A stretch of DNA of 64,000 nucleotides from Acidobacteriaceae bacterium (GTDB taxonomy: Bacteria; Acidobacteriota; Terriglobia; Terriglobales; Acidobacteriaceae): contig JANXUR010000051.1 in NCBI GenBank assembly GCA_025356095.1, positions 67,730 to 131,729 on the forward strand, written 5' to 3'. The notes beneath the pieces are model-generated. The model had not been told where the DNA came from and ran no database searches. It saw nothing but the letters and a program-made list of their open reading frames with translations. Position numbers and translations under genes: made by a program. Shown piece by piece: positions 10,144 through 18,386 of the stretch. Position 1 is the stretch's first letter. The number at the start of each line of letters is the position of its first letter.

Positions 10144-10223
10144 GCGCGCCGAGCGATTCTCCTGTTGCAACCCGACCGTGAATCGGTCTGAGCCCATTCG
10201 GCGCTATTCTGTATCCACCCCCT

Positions 10224-12104
10224 ATGTCCTCTGATTTTTCCAGTCTCGTGAAGCAGCAGGCTGACATCGTTCGCATCGTGGGCGAGTACGTGAAGCTGCG
10301 CAAGGCCGGGGCGGCGAATTATTCGGGGTTGTGTCCGTTCCATTCGGAGAAGTCGCCGTCGTTTTCTGTCCATGCCACGCGGCAGTTTTATCACTGCTTT
10401 GGCTGCGGGGCATCGGGTGACGTGTTCAGCTTCATCCAAAAGATTGAGAACATCACCTTTCCCGAAGCGGTGCGGTCGCTGGCGCAGCGGCTGAATATCC
10501 CTTTGCCGAAGACGCAGTTCAGCGGCCCACAGGAGGCGCGCGAGGCCCGCGTGCGCATGGCGCTGATGGACCTGCATGAGCGGGCGGGCGGGTGGTTCCA
10601 GGAGCAGTTGCGGCGTCCGGAGGCGGCGGCCGCACGCGAATATTTGGCCGGGCGCGGGCTTACGGCGGAGACGATTCAGGGGTTCCGCATTGGCTACGCG
10701 CCAGATTCGGGCTTTCTGCTGCGTGACGCAGTGAAGGGATCGTTTGACGACGAGGTGCTGCGTGAGAGCGGGCTGTTTTCGTGGAAGCAGGAGGAAAATC
10801 AGAACCCTGCACCGCAAAGTGCGCATAAAAACGCCGAAGAAATGCAGGACGGCAGGACGGAGGCTGCCAAGGCGAATGCGCGCGCCATGTATGCCAAGTT
10901 TCGCAACCGCATCATGTTTCCCATCTGCAACGAGAGCGGCAAAGTAATTGCTTTCACCGCGCGCACTTTGTCCACCGACCCCAAGGCCGGGCCCAAGTAT
11001 CTCAACTCGCCGGAGACACCGATTTATGTGAAAGGGCGGGTGCTGTTCAATCTGCATCAGGCGAAGGCCGCCATCAAGCAGCTTGACTACGCGATCGTGG
11101 TAGAAGGGCAGATGGATTGCATCAGCGTGTTCGCGGCCGGCTTCCGCAATGTGATTGCCAGTTCGGGCACGGCATTTACTGAGGCGCAGGCCAAGCTGCT
11201 AGGGCGATTCAGCAAGAAGATTGTGGTGAACTTCGACCCGGATAACGCCGGGGCGAAAGCAGCGGAACGCACGCTGGGCCTGCTGGTGGAAGAAGAGTTT
11301 GAGATTAAAGTACTGACGCTGGAGCAGGGGCTTGATCCGGATTTGTTCATTCGGCAGAAAGGCGCGCCGGAGTATGCGGCGGCACTCAAAGCATCGCCGC
11401 GTTACTTCCAGTATTTAATTGAGCGGGCGCAACAGCAATTTCCGGTGCGCACGGCGGAAGGCAAGGTGGCCGGGCTGAATTTTCTGCTGCCACACTTGCA
11501 GCGGGTGCCCAGCCGCATTGTGCGCGACGAACTGGCACAGGAAATGGCGCAAAAGCTGGGCATTGAGTCAGGCGTGCTGCGGCAGGAACTGCGACATGCG
11601 GCGGTGAATCGCGGAACGAAAACGGTGCAGGCTGCGCCGCAGTCGGCGGTAACTCATGCGGAGCGCATTCTTATTCGCGCCCTGGCCACGGCGAATGAGG
11701 TGAATGACGCTGCTGGCCGCAGTTCGCGTGAAGGTGTAGATGAGCCGTTTGAGCCGGCACGGCAGGCGCGCTTCTTTTTAGAAGATGCGCGACTTATCGA
11801 GGGGCTGGCGAGCGAGCACTTGCTGCTAACGCTGCTGGCCGCCGAGGATCGCGGCGACCCGATGGCGCTTGCAGTGAGTGAGCCCGAGCGAAGGCTGCTG
11901 GCTGCGGTGCTGATGGATGAAAATGAAGAGCTGACGCCCGAGTTACTCGAAGCGGCAGTGAACGCGCTGCGCGAGCGCCGGTACACCCAGCGCAAAGAAG
12001 AGTTGAATGCGCTTATCCGCGAGGCCGAACGCAAGGGCGATGCAGCGGAACTGATGCGGCTCTTAAGGGAGAAGACCGAGCTCGACCGCGAAGAGCGCGG
12101 CTAG
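10224..12104 (+). CDS. dnaG: DNA primase
   Basis: 626-aa ORF with the CHC2 zinc finger CPFHSEKSPSFSVHATRQFYHCFGCGASGDVFSF, the TOPRIM region (VVEGQMDCISV, NFDPDNAGAKAA) and a C-terminal helical domain. Confidence 0.95.
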   Translation: MSSDFSSLVKQQADIVRIVGEYVKLRKAGAANYSGLCPFHSEKSPSFSVHATRQFYHCFGCGASGDVFSFIQKIENITFPEAVRSLAQRLNIPLPKTQFSGPQEAREARVRMALMDLHERAGGWFQEQLRRPEAAAAREYLAGRGLTAETIQGFRIGYAPDSGFLLRDAVKGSFDDEVLRESGLFSWKQEENQNPAPQSAHKNAEEMQDGRTEAAKANARAMYAKFRNRIMFPICNESGKVIAFTARTLSTDPKAGPKYLNSPETPIYVKGRVLFNLHQAKAAIKQLDYAIVVEGQMDCISVFAAGFRNVIASSGTAFTEAQAKLLGRFSKKIVVNFDPDNAGAKAAERTLGLLVEEEFEIKVLTLEQGLDPDLFIRQKGAPEYAAALKASPRYFQYLIERAQQQFPVRTAEGKVAGLNFLLPHLQRVPSRIVRDELAQEMAQKLGIESGVLRQELRHAAVNRGTKTVQAAPQSAVTHAERILIRALATANEVNDAAGRSSREGVDEPFEPARQARFFLEDARLIEGLASEHLLLTLLAAEDRGDPMALAVSEPERRLLAAVLMDENEELTPELLEAAVNALRERRYTQRKEELNALIREAERKGDAAELMRLLREKTELDREERG

Positions 12105-12191
12105 GCTAGCGGAATTGCCGGTCCTGCGACCTTGGGCAACACACTCGACGGGATAAGTCGCATCGAGTTGCGCCAGCCAGATCGTCACTCG

Positions 12192-12238
12192 AATAGTTAC
12201 TCTAATAGTTATTCTGTAACGTCATTTCGTAACGTCAT
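12192..12238. repeat. two pairs of short direct repeats upstream of the EEP gene (aatagtta x2; gtaacgtcat x2)
   Basis: Read directly. aatagtta lies at 12192-12199 and 12204-12211. gtaacgtcat lies at 12216-12225 and 12229-12238. The last copy ends 15 nt before ATG 12253. Confidence 0.7.
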
Positions 12239-12252
12239 CCGAGGACGCACCC

Positions 12253-12945
12253 ATGCGAATTGTCACATGGAATTGCCAGATGGGATTCGACAAGAAAGCA
12301 GGAGCGCTGCTCTCGCTTCGTCCAGATGTAGCCGTTATTCTGGAGTGCTCCCAATCTGCGGCCACTGCATTTGAGCAGCACGGATTTGAAAGTCTCTGGT
12401 TTGGCTCTAACCCGCACAAGGGGGTGGGGGTATTCAGCCGCAAGGGCTGGGCGCTGCGAGCCCTCTCTCAACCGAAGCATCAATGGATTGTGCCGATAAG
12501 AGTAAGAGCGCCCGAACCCTTCACATTACTAGCGGTGTGGGCCTGCCGAACCGGGAACAAAAAGGCAGATAACTATATTGGTCAGGTATATCAAGCCCTG
12601 CAGTCTTACCCGCAATGGTTTAATAGGTCGCCGATGATACTGGCAGGAGACTTGAACAGTAATCAGGTATGGGATCACGAACGGCGGGTAGGTAATCACT
12701 CAGATGTGGTGAAGATACTAGCTGACCGCGGGCTGGTGAGTAGCTATCACGAGTTTTTTGGTGAAGCCCAAGGTGCAGAGTCCCTTCCTACGCATTATCT
12801 ATACCGGCACGCGCACAGACCATTTCACCTCGATTACATCTTCATTCCGCGCGCGTGGCTGCCGGGCGTCAAGTCTGTGGTTGTAGGCAAGCATAAAACT
12901 TGGTCGAAACTAAGTGACCACTGTCCGGTCGTAGTAGAAGTATGA
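12253..12945 (+). CDS. endonuclease/exonuclease/phosphatase (EEP) family protein
   Basis: 230-aa ORF. The N-terminus MRIVTWNCQMGF...PDVAVILEC and the C-terminus FHLDYIFIP...LSDHCPVVVEV match the EEP (DNase I-like) fold signature. A hand count on 12481-12540 gives 31/60 G+C. Confidence 0.75.
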   Translation: MRIVTWNCQMGFDKKAGALLSLRPDVAVILECSQSAATAFEQHGFESLWFGSNPHKGVGVFSRKGWALRALSQPKHQWIVPIRVRAPEPFTLLAVWACRTGNKKADNYIGQVYQALQSYPQWFNRSPMILAGDLNSNQVWDHERRVGNHSDVVKILADRGLVSSYHEFFGEAQGAESLPTHYLYRHAHRPFHLDYIFIPRAWLPGVKSVVVGKHKTWSKLSDHCPVVVEV

Positions 12946-12972
12946 ATCAACTGCTCACAGGTTCCTTGCGCG

Positions 12973-13020
12973 CGTCTTAGCGCGCTTCGTAGCGCACGTC
13001 ATAGCACACGTCCCATCGTA
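12973..13020. repeat. four degenerate tandem 12-mers (consensus CGTCnTAGCnCA)
   Basis: Read directly: cgtcttagcgcg / cttcgtagcgca / cgtcatagcaca / cgtcccatcgta. Confidence 0.6.
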
Positions 13021-13022
13021 CC

Positions 13023-13045
13023 CCCCCCTGATTTGCGCAGGGGGG
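13023..13045. terminator. GC hairpin (cccccctg-7 nt-cagggggg) between convergent genes; no U-tract
   Basis: 8-bp perfect stem read directly. It lies 18 nt downstream of the minus-strand TPR gene stop and 78 nt after the EEP stop. Confidence 0.45.
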
Positions 13046-13062
13046 CTAGGCGGGTGAAATCC

Positions 13063-14742
13063 TTAGCGTGACGCCACCACCGTTTTGGCCTCGGCGAGTT
13101 CGGGGCGGGTTGAGTTTGACTCTCCGCAGTTCTTTAGTAGTTGCGCCATATATTCCGACGACTTAGTGTGTTGCCCTAGCTTCATGGCCGCTTGCGCCGC
13201 GCCGTAGAGTCCGGCAAAGCGGTTGGGGTCGGTCTGCAGTGCGGCTTCGTATTCGGTCAATGCCTCTTGCGGGCGATTCTGTTCCATCAACATACTTGCC
13301 AGAGATTCCCGCGCAGGCAGGTCGGCTTCCCCTTTGCCGACTTTATCCTGACGGTCAGCAGCGGATCGCATCAACTTGAGGCCCTCTTCATGATTGCCTG
13401 TGGCGTACGCGGCCCAGGCTTGCACTTGTTCGTGTTCGTCTGCCAGGTACTCAACCAGATAGGCATCTTTGCCTTTGCGCATCTCGTCCATGGCAGCTTC
13501 ATAGTTCTTCAGAGCAGCGTTGGCCGTGGCGACATCGTGTAAGTGTCCTGCACCTACAGCTTGTCCCCAGTAAGTAGACATCTTGTTCTGCGGCTTGGCT
13601 TCTGCAATCGGTACCAGCGCCGCAGCCGTCTTCCAGTCACGATGCTCAATGGCGTAACGTGCGGCGAATTGCTGTATGTGCTCTTGCAGTCTGGGTAAGT
13701 TGCCACCCGCGTCGGCTGGCGTAATTGCAACCAAGGCTTTGTACTCTGCCATGGCAGCCTTGTCGTCGCCAATCTGTAAGTAGGCATAGTGCAGGTAGTC
13801 GCGGGAGTGTAACTCGTGGTGTAGCACATGCAGCTTCATAGAAGCCATCTGGTCCGCTACCTTCAGCGCCGCCTCGTTCGACTTGATGCTGTCCGGCCAC
13901 AAACCTACGCGCGCGAAAATATGCGAAGGCATGTGTACAGCGTGAGCGGAAGCTGGCGCAATCGCCGCATACTCTCGTGCCGCGGGCAGTGCCATTGCCG
14001 CCATGGAGGGGTGGTCGCAGCTATGGATAATATAGTGCGCGATGCCGGGGTGATTGGGATACTTATCAAAAAGCTTCAATAGGATGTTTGCTGCTTCATG
14101 CTCGTTCTTCAACTCAGGATCATGGGGCGGCGCCGAGGCCAGCAACGCCAAAGAGTAAAAGACCGAAGCCTCGATATCATCAGGATGGGCGGCGGCCAGT
14201 TGCTTCAACGCGGTGGTGTAGTCGGCCAATCGCTTGTCGTAAGTCTTTTCTTTCGCGTCATGAAAAAACTCCAGCGAAGTGGCGATGTATTGGCGCTCGC
14301 GTTCAGTTTGCGGTTTGAGCGACTTGGCGTGCTTGAGCAGGTCGTGACCCTGCTTCAGGTCGCTCGCTCCGGGTCGTCCCCACAGCTGGCGATACAGGCT
14401 CATGGCCTGACCCCAATACGCCATGGCGCACCTAGGCTCGGCCTGCACCACTTTGTCGAACGCCAACTTGGCGCTCTCGTATTCAAACGAATGCAGCAGG
14501 GCGACGCCCGCCTCGAACTGCTGCTGCGACTCCGCTGTGCAGGAAATGGGGAAGTGTACCGTGCCCAGCTTGGCCACGGTTGTGGCAGGCGTGGGCGTAG
14601 GTGCGGGCATCGCCATGTCGTGATGATCCTGGGCCAGCACCATTCTGGCTGCGCCCAGCGAGGCCACGAGCAAGGCGACGGCGAAGATTGCGCGGAATGA
14701 TGACAGGCGTGACAGACGTGCCAGGGGTGAAAAGGGTGACAT
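13063..14742 (-). CDS. secreted tetratricopeptide-repeat protein
   Basis: 559-aa ORF with a signal-peptide-like N-terminus (FAVALLVASLGAARMVLAQ). Helical-repeat sequence with recurring A/Y/W-rich TPR-like pairs runs throughout. Confidence 0.75.
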   Translation of the reverse strand: MSPFSPLARLSRLSSFRAIFAVALLVASLGAARMVLAQDHHDMAMPAPTPTPATTVAKLGTVHFPISCTAESQQQFEAGVALLHSFEYESAKLAFDKVVQAEPRCAMAYWGQAMSLYRQLWGRPGASDLKQGHDLLKHAKSLKPQTERERQYIATSLEFFHDAKEKTYDKRLADYTTALKQLAAAHPDDIEASVFYSLALLASAPPHDPELKNEHEAANILLKLFDKYPNHPGIAHYIIHSCDHPSMAAMALPAAREYAAIAPASAHAVHMPSHIFARVGLWPDSIKSNEAALKVADQMASMKLHVLHHELHSRDYLHYAYLQIGDDKAAMAEYKALVAITPADAGGNLPRLQEHIQQFAARYAIEHRDWKTAAALVPIAEAKPQNKMSTYWGQAVGAGHLHDVATANAALKNYEAAMDEMRKGKDAYLVEYLADEHEQVQAWAAYATGNHEEGLKLMRSAADRQDKVGKGEADLPARESLASMLMEQNRPQEALTEYEAALQTDPNRFAGLYGAAQAAMKLGQHTKSSEYMAQLLKNCGESNSTRPELAEAKTVVASR

Positions 14743-15091
14743 GCTTGTGCCTCCAAAGTGTACGGGCCGTTATCACGCCCCGTTATGACGGGCCGTAGTG
14801 ACGACCCGTTGTTACAGCTTCGAGGCTAGTAGCGGGAGCATGGCAAAGTCAACGTGGGGCCCCACGTTCTTTTTTGCGAATCTTTTTGGCGTCTGTGATA
14901 CTCTAAAAGAGTGTTGACACCCTTGTGGGACAGGTGTGTCTTGAAAACGGCTCCAGCCGTGGCGCTCCATCCGTACGCCCGACACTTTAAGAGTGTGCGC
15001 GTCAGACTTCTGAGAGTTTCCGCCCGGCGGTCGAAAAAATCTGCCAACTCCCACCAATCCCTATGGCGAAGCTGCGCTCACTCGATGGCCT

Positions 15092-16831
15092 TTGGCTGGA
15101 GAGACGCGGCGGAAAAGGCTGCACGCTTTGGCGCTCGATGAAGAATTAGTAGACGAAAAAGACGCGAAATACGAAGACGATATTCAGAAACTGATTGATG
15201 TCGGCAAAGAAAAGGGATACCTCACTTACAGCGAGGTCAATGACCTGCTGCCGCATGATATTCAGTCCCCCGACGATCTCGACGACCTGCTGGCCACCAT
15301 TGGCACGCAGGGAATTGACGTGCTCGAAAGCCCCAAGACGGATCGGCGTGGCGACGACTTTGAGGGCGGCGAGGATGTGGACCTCGACCTGAGTCCCGGC
15401 GCTTTAGAAAAAACCAACGACCCGGTTCGCATGTACTTGCGCGAAATGGGCACGGTGCCGCTGCTAACCCGCGAAGGTGAAGTGGAGATTGCCAAGCGCA
15501 TCGAGCGGGGGCAAAACCGGGTACTGCGCGCCCTTTCCCGTTCGCCAATCGTAATCCGCGAGCTGGTGGAAATGGGCGAGGACCTGAAGAAGGGCGTCCG
15601 CTCTATTAAAGAAGTGGTGACCTTCGATGAAGAAGAGATCACAGACGAGATCGTCGAAAAGCGGCTAAAGGAATTTACCGCCAAGATTGATGATCTGGGC
15701 AAACTTTACAAGAAAGTTGGCGTACAGCAGGAAAAATTCGCTGGCGTCTCGCAGAAAAAGAAGCCTAAAGACTATCGCAAGTATCGTTTCCTGCTGGCCC
15801 GTGCCGTCATCAAGACATCGCAATCGGTACGCAAGCTGGGCTTTACGGGGAATGAGCGCAAGCACCTGATTGATAAGGTCACTAAGACTATTGAAGGTAT
15901 GCGCGCGCTGGACCGGCAAGCGCAAAACTTGGAGCGCAAAGCCGACGCCACCCGCAGCGACGAACAGAAGAAGGAATACAAGCGGCAATCGCGCCATGTG
16001 CGCGGTGAACTGGAAAAGCTGGAGCAGGAGCATGGCGTCACCTTTTTGGAGATCAAGCGCACGCAGCGCGAAATCATTCAAGGAGACATGGATGCCGAGC
16101 AGGCCAAGCGCGAGCTGATTGAGGCCAACCTGCGGCTGGTGGTTTCTATCGCCAAAAAATACACCAACCGCGGCTTGCAGTTCCTTGACCTGATTCAGGA
16201 AGGCAATATCGGCCTGATGAAGGCGGTGGACAAGTTCGAGTACCGCCGCGGCTACAAGTTCTCGACCTACGCAACATGGTGGATTCGGCAAGCCATCACC
16301 CGCGCCATTGCCGATCAGGCCCGCACCATTCGCATCCCGGTGCACATGATCGAGACCATCAACAAGCTGATTCGCACTTCGCGGCAACTGGTGCAGGAGA
16401 TGGGCCGCGAACCCAGCTCGGAAGAGATTGCCAAGCGCATGGATATTCCGGTGGCCAAGGTGCGGAAGGTGCTTAAGATCGCACAGGAGCCGATCTCGCT
16501 GGAAACGCCGATTGGGGAAGAGGAAGATTCCCACCTGGGCGACTTCATCGAAGATCGCACCATCGTCTCGCCTTCGGACGCAGTGCTCAACGTGAATCTG
16601 AAGGAGTTGACCGGCGAAGTGCTGCGCACCCTTACCGCCCGCGAAGAGAAGGTCATTAAGATGCGCTTTGGGTTGGAAGATGGCAGCGAGCACACTTTGG
16701 AAGAAGTTGGGCAGTCGTTTGCGGTGACCCGCGAACGCATTCGCCAGATCGAAGCCAAGGCTCTGCGCAAACTGCGCCATCCCTCGCGCTCGCGCAAGCT
16801 GCGGGCGTTCATGGAAGGCACAAGGGAATAG
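15092..16831 (+). CDS. rpoD: RNA polymerase primary sigma factor
   Basis: 579-aa ORF. Region 1.1 is [25 protein letters not shown], region 2 is [32 protein letters not shown] and region 4 is [29 protein letters not shown]. The start codon is uncertain (TTG 15092 or a later TTG). Confidence 0.95.
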   Translation: MAGETRRKRLHALALDEELVDEKDAKYEDDIQKLIDVGKEKGYLTYSEVNDLLPHDIQSPDDLDDLLATIGTQGIDVLESPKTDRRGDDFEGGEDVDLDLSPGALEKTNDPVRMYLREMGTVPLLTREGEVEIAKRIERGQNRVLRALSRSPIVIRELVEMGEDLKKGVRSIKEVVTFDEEEITDEIVEKRLKEFTAKIDDLGKLYKKVGVQQEKFAGVSQKKKPKDYRKYRFLLARAVIKTSQSVRKLGFTGNERKHLIDKVTKTIEGMRALDRQAQNLERKADATRSDEQKKEYKRQSRHVRGELEKLEQEHGVTFLEIKRTQREIIQGDMDAEQAKRELIEANLRLVVSIAKKYTNRGLQFLDLIQEGNIGLMKAVDKFEYRRGYKFSTYATWWIRQAITRAIADQARTIRIPVHMIETINKLIRTSRQLVQEMGREPSSEEIAKRMDIPVAKVRKVLKIAQEPISLETPIGEEEDSHLGDFIEDRTIVSPSDAVLNVNLKELTGEVLRTLTAREEKVIKMRFGLEDGSEHTLEEVGQSFAVTRERIRQIEAKALRKLRHPSRSRKLRAFMEGTRE

Positions 16832-16860
16832 GTCTGGTTTTTACGCGATGAATCAACTCA

Positions 16861-16892
16861 GGGGGGGCGCACTTGGCGTCCCCCCATTTTTT
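16861..16892 (+). terminator. rho-independent terminator of rpoD
   Basis: gggggggcgc-acttg-gcgtcccccc forms a 10-bp stem with one G.U pair, followed by attttttg. Confidence 0.85.
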
Positions 16893-16895
16893 GCG

Positions 16896-17207
16896 CTAGC
16901 TGCCTGTTGCAGGCTTCCTGTTCAAGCGGTTCAAGCGGGTTGCCCAGCGTGCGGTAACTGCCAGCACCAGTGGCGCAAGGATCAATCCCGTTGTCGCAGT
17001 CCAAAAATGCGACCCTGCCGAATTCAAATAGATCACGACCATGGCTCCCAGAGAGAGACTTAATAGGACGATTCCCAAGATGGGAATGACGCGCTGATCC
17101 GGCGGAAGCCTTTCCTGCACCGGCGCTGCGAGTATGAACGGTCGCCGTCTGTTCCCGGAGCGCGGCCTGCCAACGGCGGCGGCATGAAGCCCACCGCGAT
17201 CCACCAT
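16896..17207 (-). CDS. hypothetical small membrane protein
   Basis: 103-aa ORF with two hydrophobic helices (VIPILGIVLLSLSLGAMVVIYL; GLILAPLVLAVTA). AGGA lies about 5 nt upstream of the ATG. I recognise no family. Confidence 0.35.
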   Translation of the reverse strand: MVDRGGLHAAAVGRPRSGNRRRPFILAAPVQERLPPDQRVIPILGIVLLSLSLGAMVVIYLNSAGSHFWTATTGLILAPLVLAVTARWATRLNRLNRKPATGS

Positions 17208-17280
17208 TCCGATCCTAAAAAGAGAGGTTCTCCTGCACCTCTCCAGAGAAAAGCACCATGACAGCGAAGAGAGAATCTTG

Positions 17281-17310
17281 AAAAGCCGAAAGGCGTTCGT
17301 TTCCGCCTTC
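17281..17310 (-). terminator. weak intrinsic terminator after the SMI1/KNR4 gene
   Basis: aaggcg (17290-17295) pairs with cgcctt (17304-17309). On the minus strand the hairpin is followed by GGCTTTTC. Confidence 0.4.
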
Positions 17311-17314
17311 CAAA

Positions 17315-17782
17315 TTAGGGCCTATGCAGAGACATATCATCAATCAAATAGAGTTGAACAAACCGGCTGAAAGACGCCGCAACTACCCTCGGTTCGTCGG
17401 CACCGTCAATCCTGAGTATTGCACCGTGGTTTGTAGAAGACGTTTCAAACGCGTATGCGTAGCACCATTGGAGGTAATCGACGAAGACAAATGCCGTTTC
17501 GAGGCCAGCCAAATAATTTCTTCCCCTCCACTGCATCTTGTTCACAAACTCGCCCAAGGGAAGCACTTCAGAGAGAGGCAAGAATCTGAACCCAGTCTCG
17601 TCCGTATCATGGCTCGGCTTACTCATCCCGTTCAACATCTTGAAGTACACGCGAATGTCTGCAGGCATCTGAATAGAGAACCGGCGCTCAAAGCTGGTGA
17701 CCGTCTCATCAGTTACGCCGGAGGGTTCTGACGCAAATCCGCGCGTCCGCCATTGGAGCGCCAACTCCTCAACGAAATTCAT
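17315..17782 (-). CDS. SMI1/KNR4 (SUKH-1) family protein, immunity-type
   Basis: 155-aa ORF. The N-terminal ETVTSFERRFSIQMPADIRVYFKMLNGM and the central/C-terminal FVFVDYLQWCYAYAF...FSRFVQLYL match the SMI1/KNR4 pattern. This family is common as immunity proteins in polymorphic toxin loci. Confidence 0.75.
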   Translation of the reverse strand: MNFVEELALQWRTRGFASEPSGVTDETVTSFERRFSIQMPADIRVYFKMLNGMSKPSHDTDETGFRFLPLSEVLPLGEFVNKMQWRGRNYLAGLETAFVFVDYLQWCYAYAFETSSTNHGAILRIDGADEPRVVAASFSRFVQLYLIDDMSLHRP

Positions 17783-17792
17783 CAGGGCAACC

Positions 17793-18038
17793 TCACTTTG
17801 TCATAATTTGGTAGATCTTTCTCATCAGCTCAAGACGCGCAACAGCCTGTGCTCCACCCTTCCCATCCGCGACCGCGCGCGCGTATATGTCTATCCATTT
17901 TTCTACCGTCTCTGGATTCAGACCATGGTGTGCTTCGATTTCGAAACGATGATCCGGTCGGCTTTGCCCTGGTCGGAGTTTGATCGCACGGAGGAACACC
18001 CTAGCCCCAACGTAGCGGCCAGCAACAGCGCACTCCAA
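17793..18038 (-). CDS. hypothetical protein (81 aa or shorter)
   Basis: ORF from the track, helical-looking C-terminal half (NPETVEKWIDIYARAVADGKGGAQAVARLELMRKIYQI). No recognisable family, and the start is uncertain. Confidence 0.35.
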   Translation of the reverse strand: MECAVAGRYVGARVFLRAIKLRPGQSRPDHRFEIEAHHGLNPETVEKWIDIYARAVADGKGGAQAVARLELMRKIYQIMTK

Positions 18039-18050
18039 CGGGATGCATGT

Positions 18051-18386
18051 CTATTTCGCAGCATTCACTCCGGCGACTGAGGAGCGTCGCGAGAAGTACC
18101 CGTACAACACCTTCACGCCCTTCACCACCGCGAACCAGATGGCCGCATTTATTAGGAACTGGAGAAGCATCGCGACCACGCTCAGCCCTGACAGGGACAG
18201 ACCTTTTTGCCAGAACAGCTTCTCGGCCAAGAAGCCGCCTATGAAGTTTCCGGGGAACAGCGCTATTAGCGCCGTTCCCCACATGGGCATGCTGACCGAT
18301 GACGGAGCGTGCGGCCATAGGGCCAAGCACCATATCCCAACCAACTGGACGATCAGGAAGAGCGTAAGCAAGGGCCGTTTTCTCAT
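18051..18386 (-). CDS. small multi-pass membrane protein, candidate cognate immunity protein
   Basis: 111-aa ORF with three or four hydrophobic helices. Its ATG overlaps the stop of the upstream Rhs-CT ORF (ATGA at 18383-18386), which indicates translational coupling. Confidence 0.6.
   Translation of the reverse strand: MRKRPLLTLFLIVQLVGIWCLALWPHAPSSVSMPMWGTALIALFPGNFIGGFLAEKLFWQKGLSLSGLSVVAMLLQFLINAAIWFAVVKGVKVLYGYFSRRSSVAGVNAAK

Noticed and set aside
10083-11057. 324-aa minus-strand ORF
   Set aside because: It is fully antisense to dnaG, which has unambiguous primase motifs. The product is Arg/Leu/Pro/Gly-rich with no domain, a typical high-GC antisense artefact.
14914-14919. TTGACA as the rpoD -35 promoter element
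   Set aside because: No acceptable -10 hexamer lies 16-18 nt downstream, so a promoter cannot be supported from sequence alone.
15665-16780. 371-aa minus-strand ORF (and 16315..16821)
   Set aside because: It is antisense to rpoD and I recognise no motifs.
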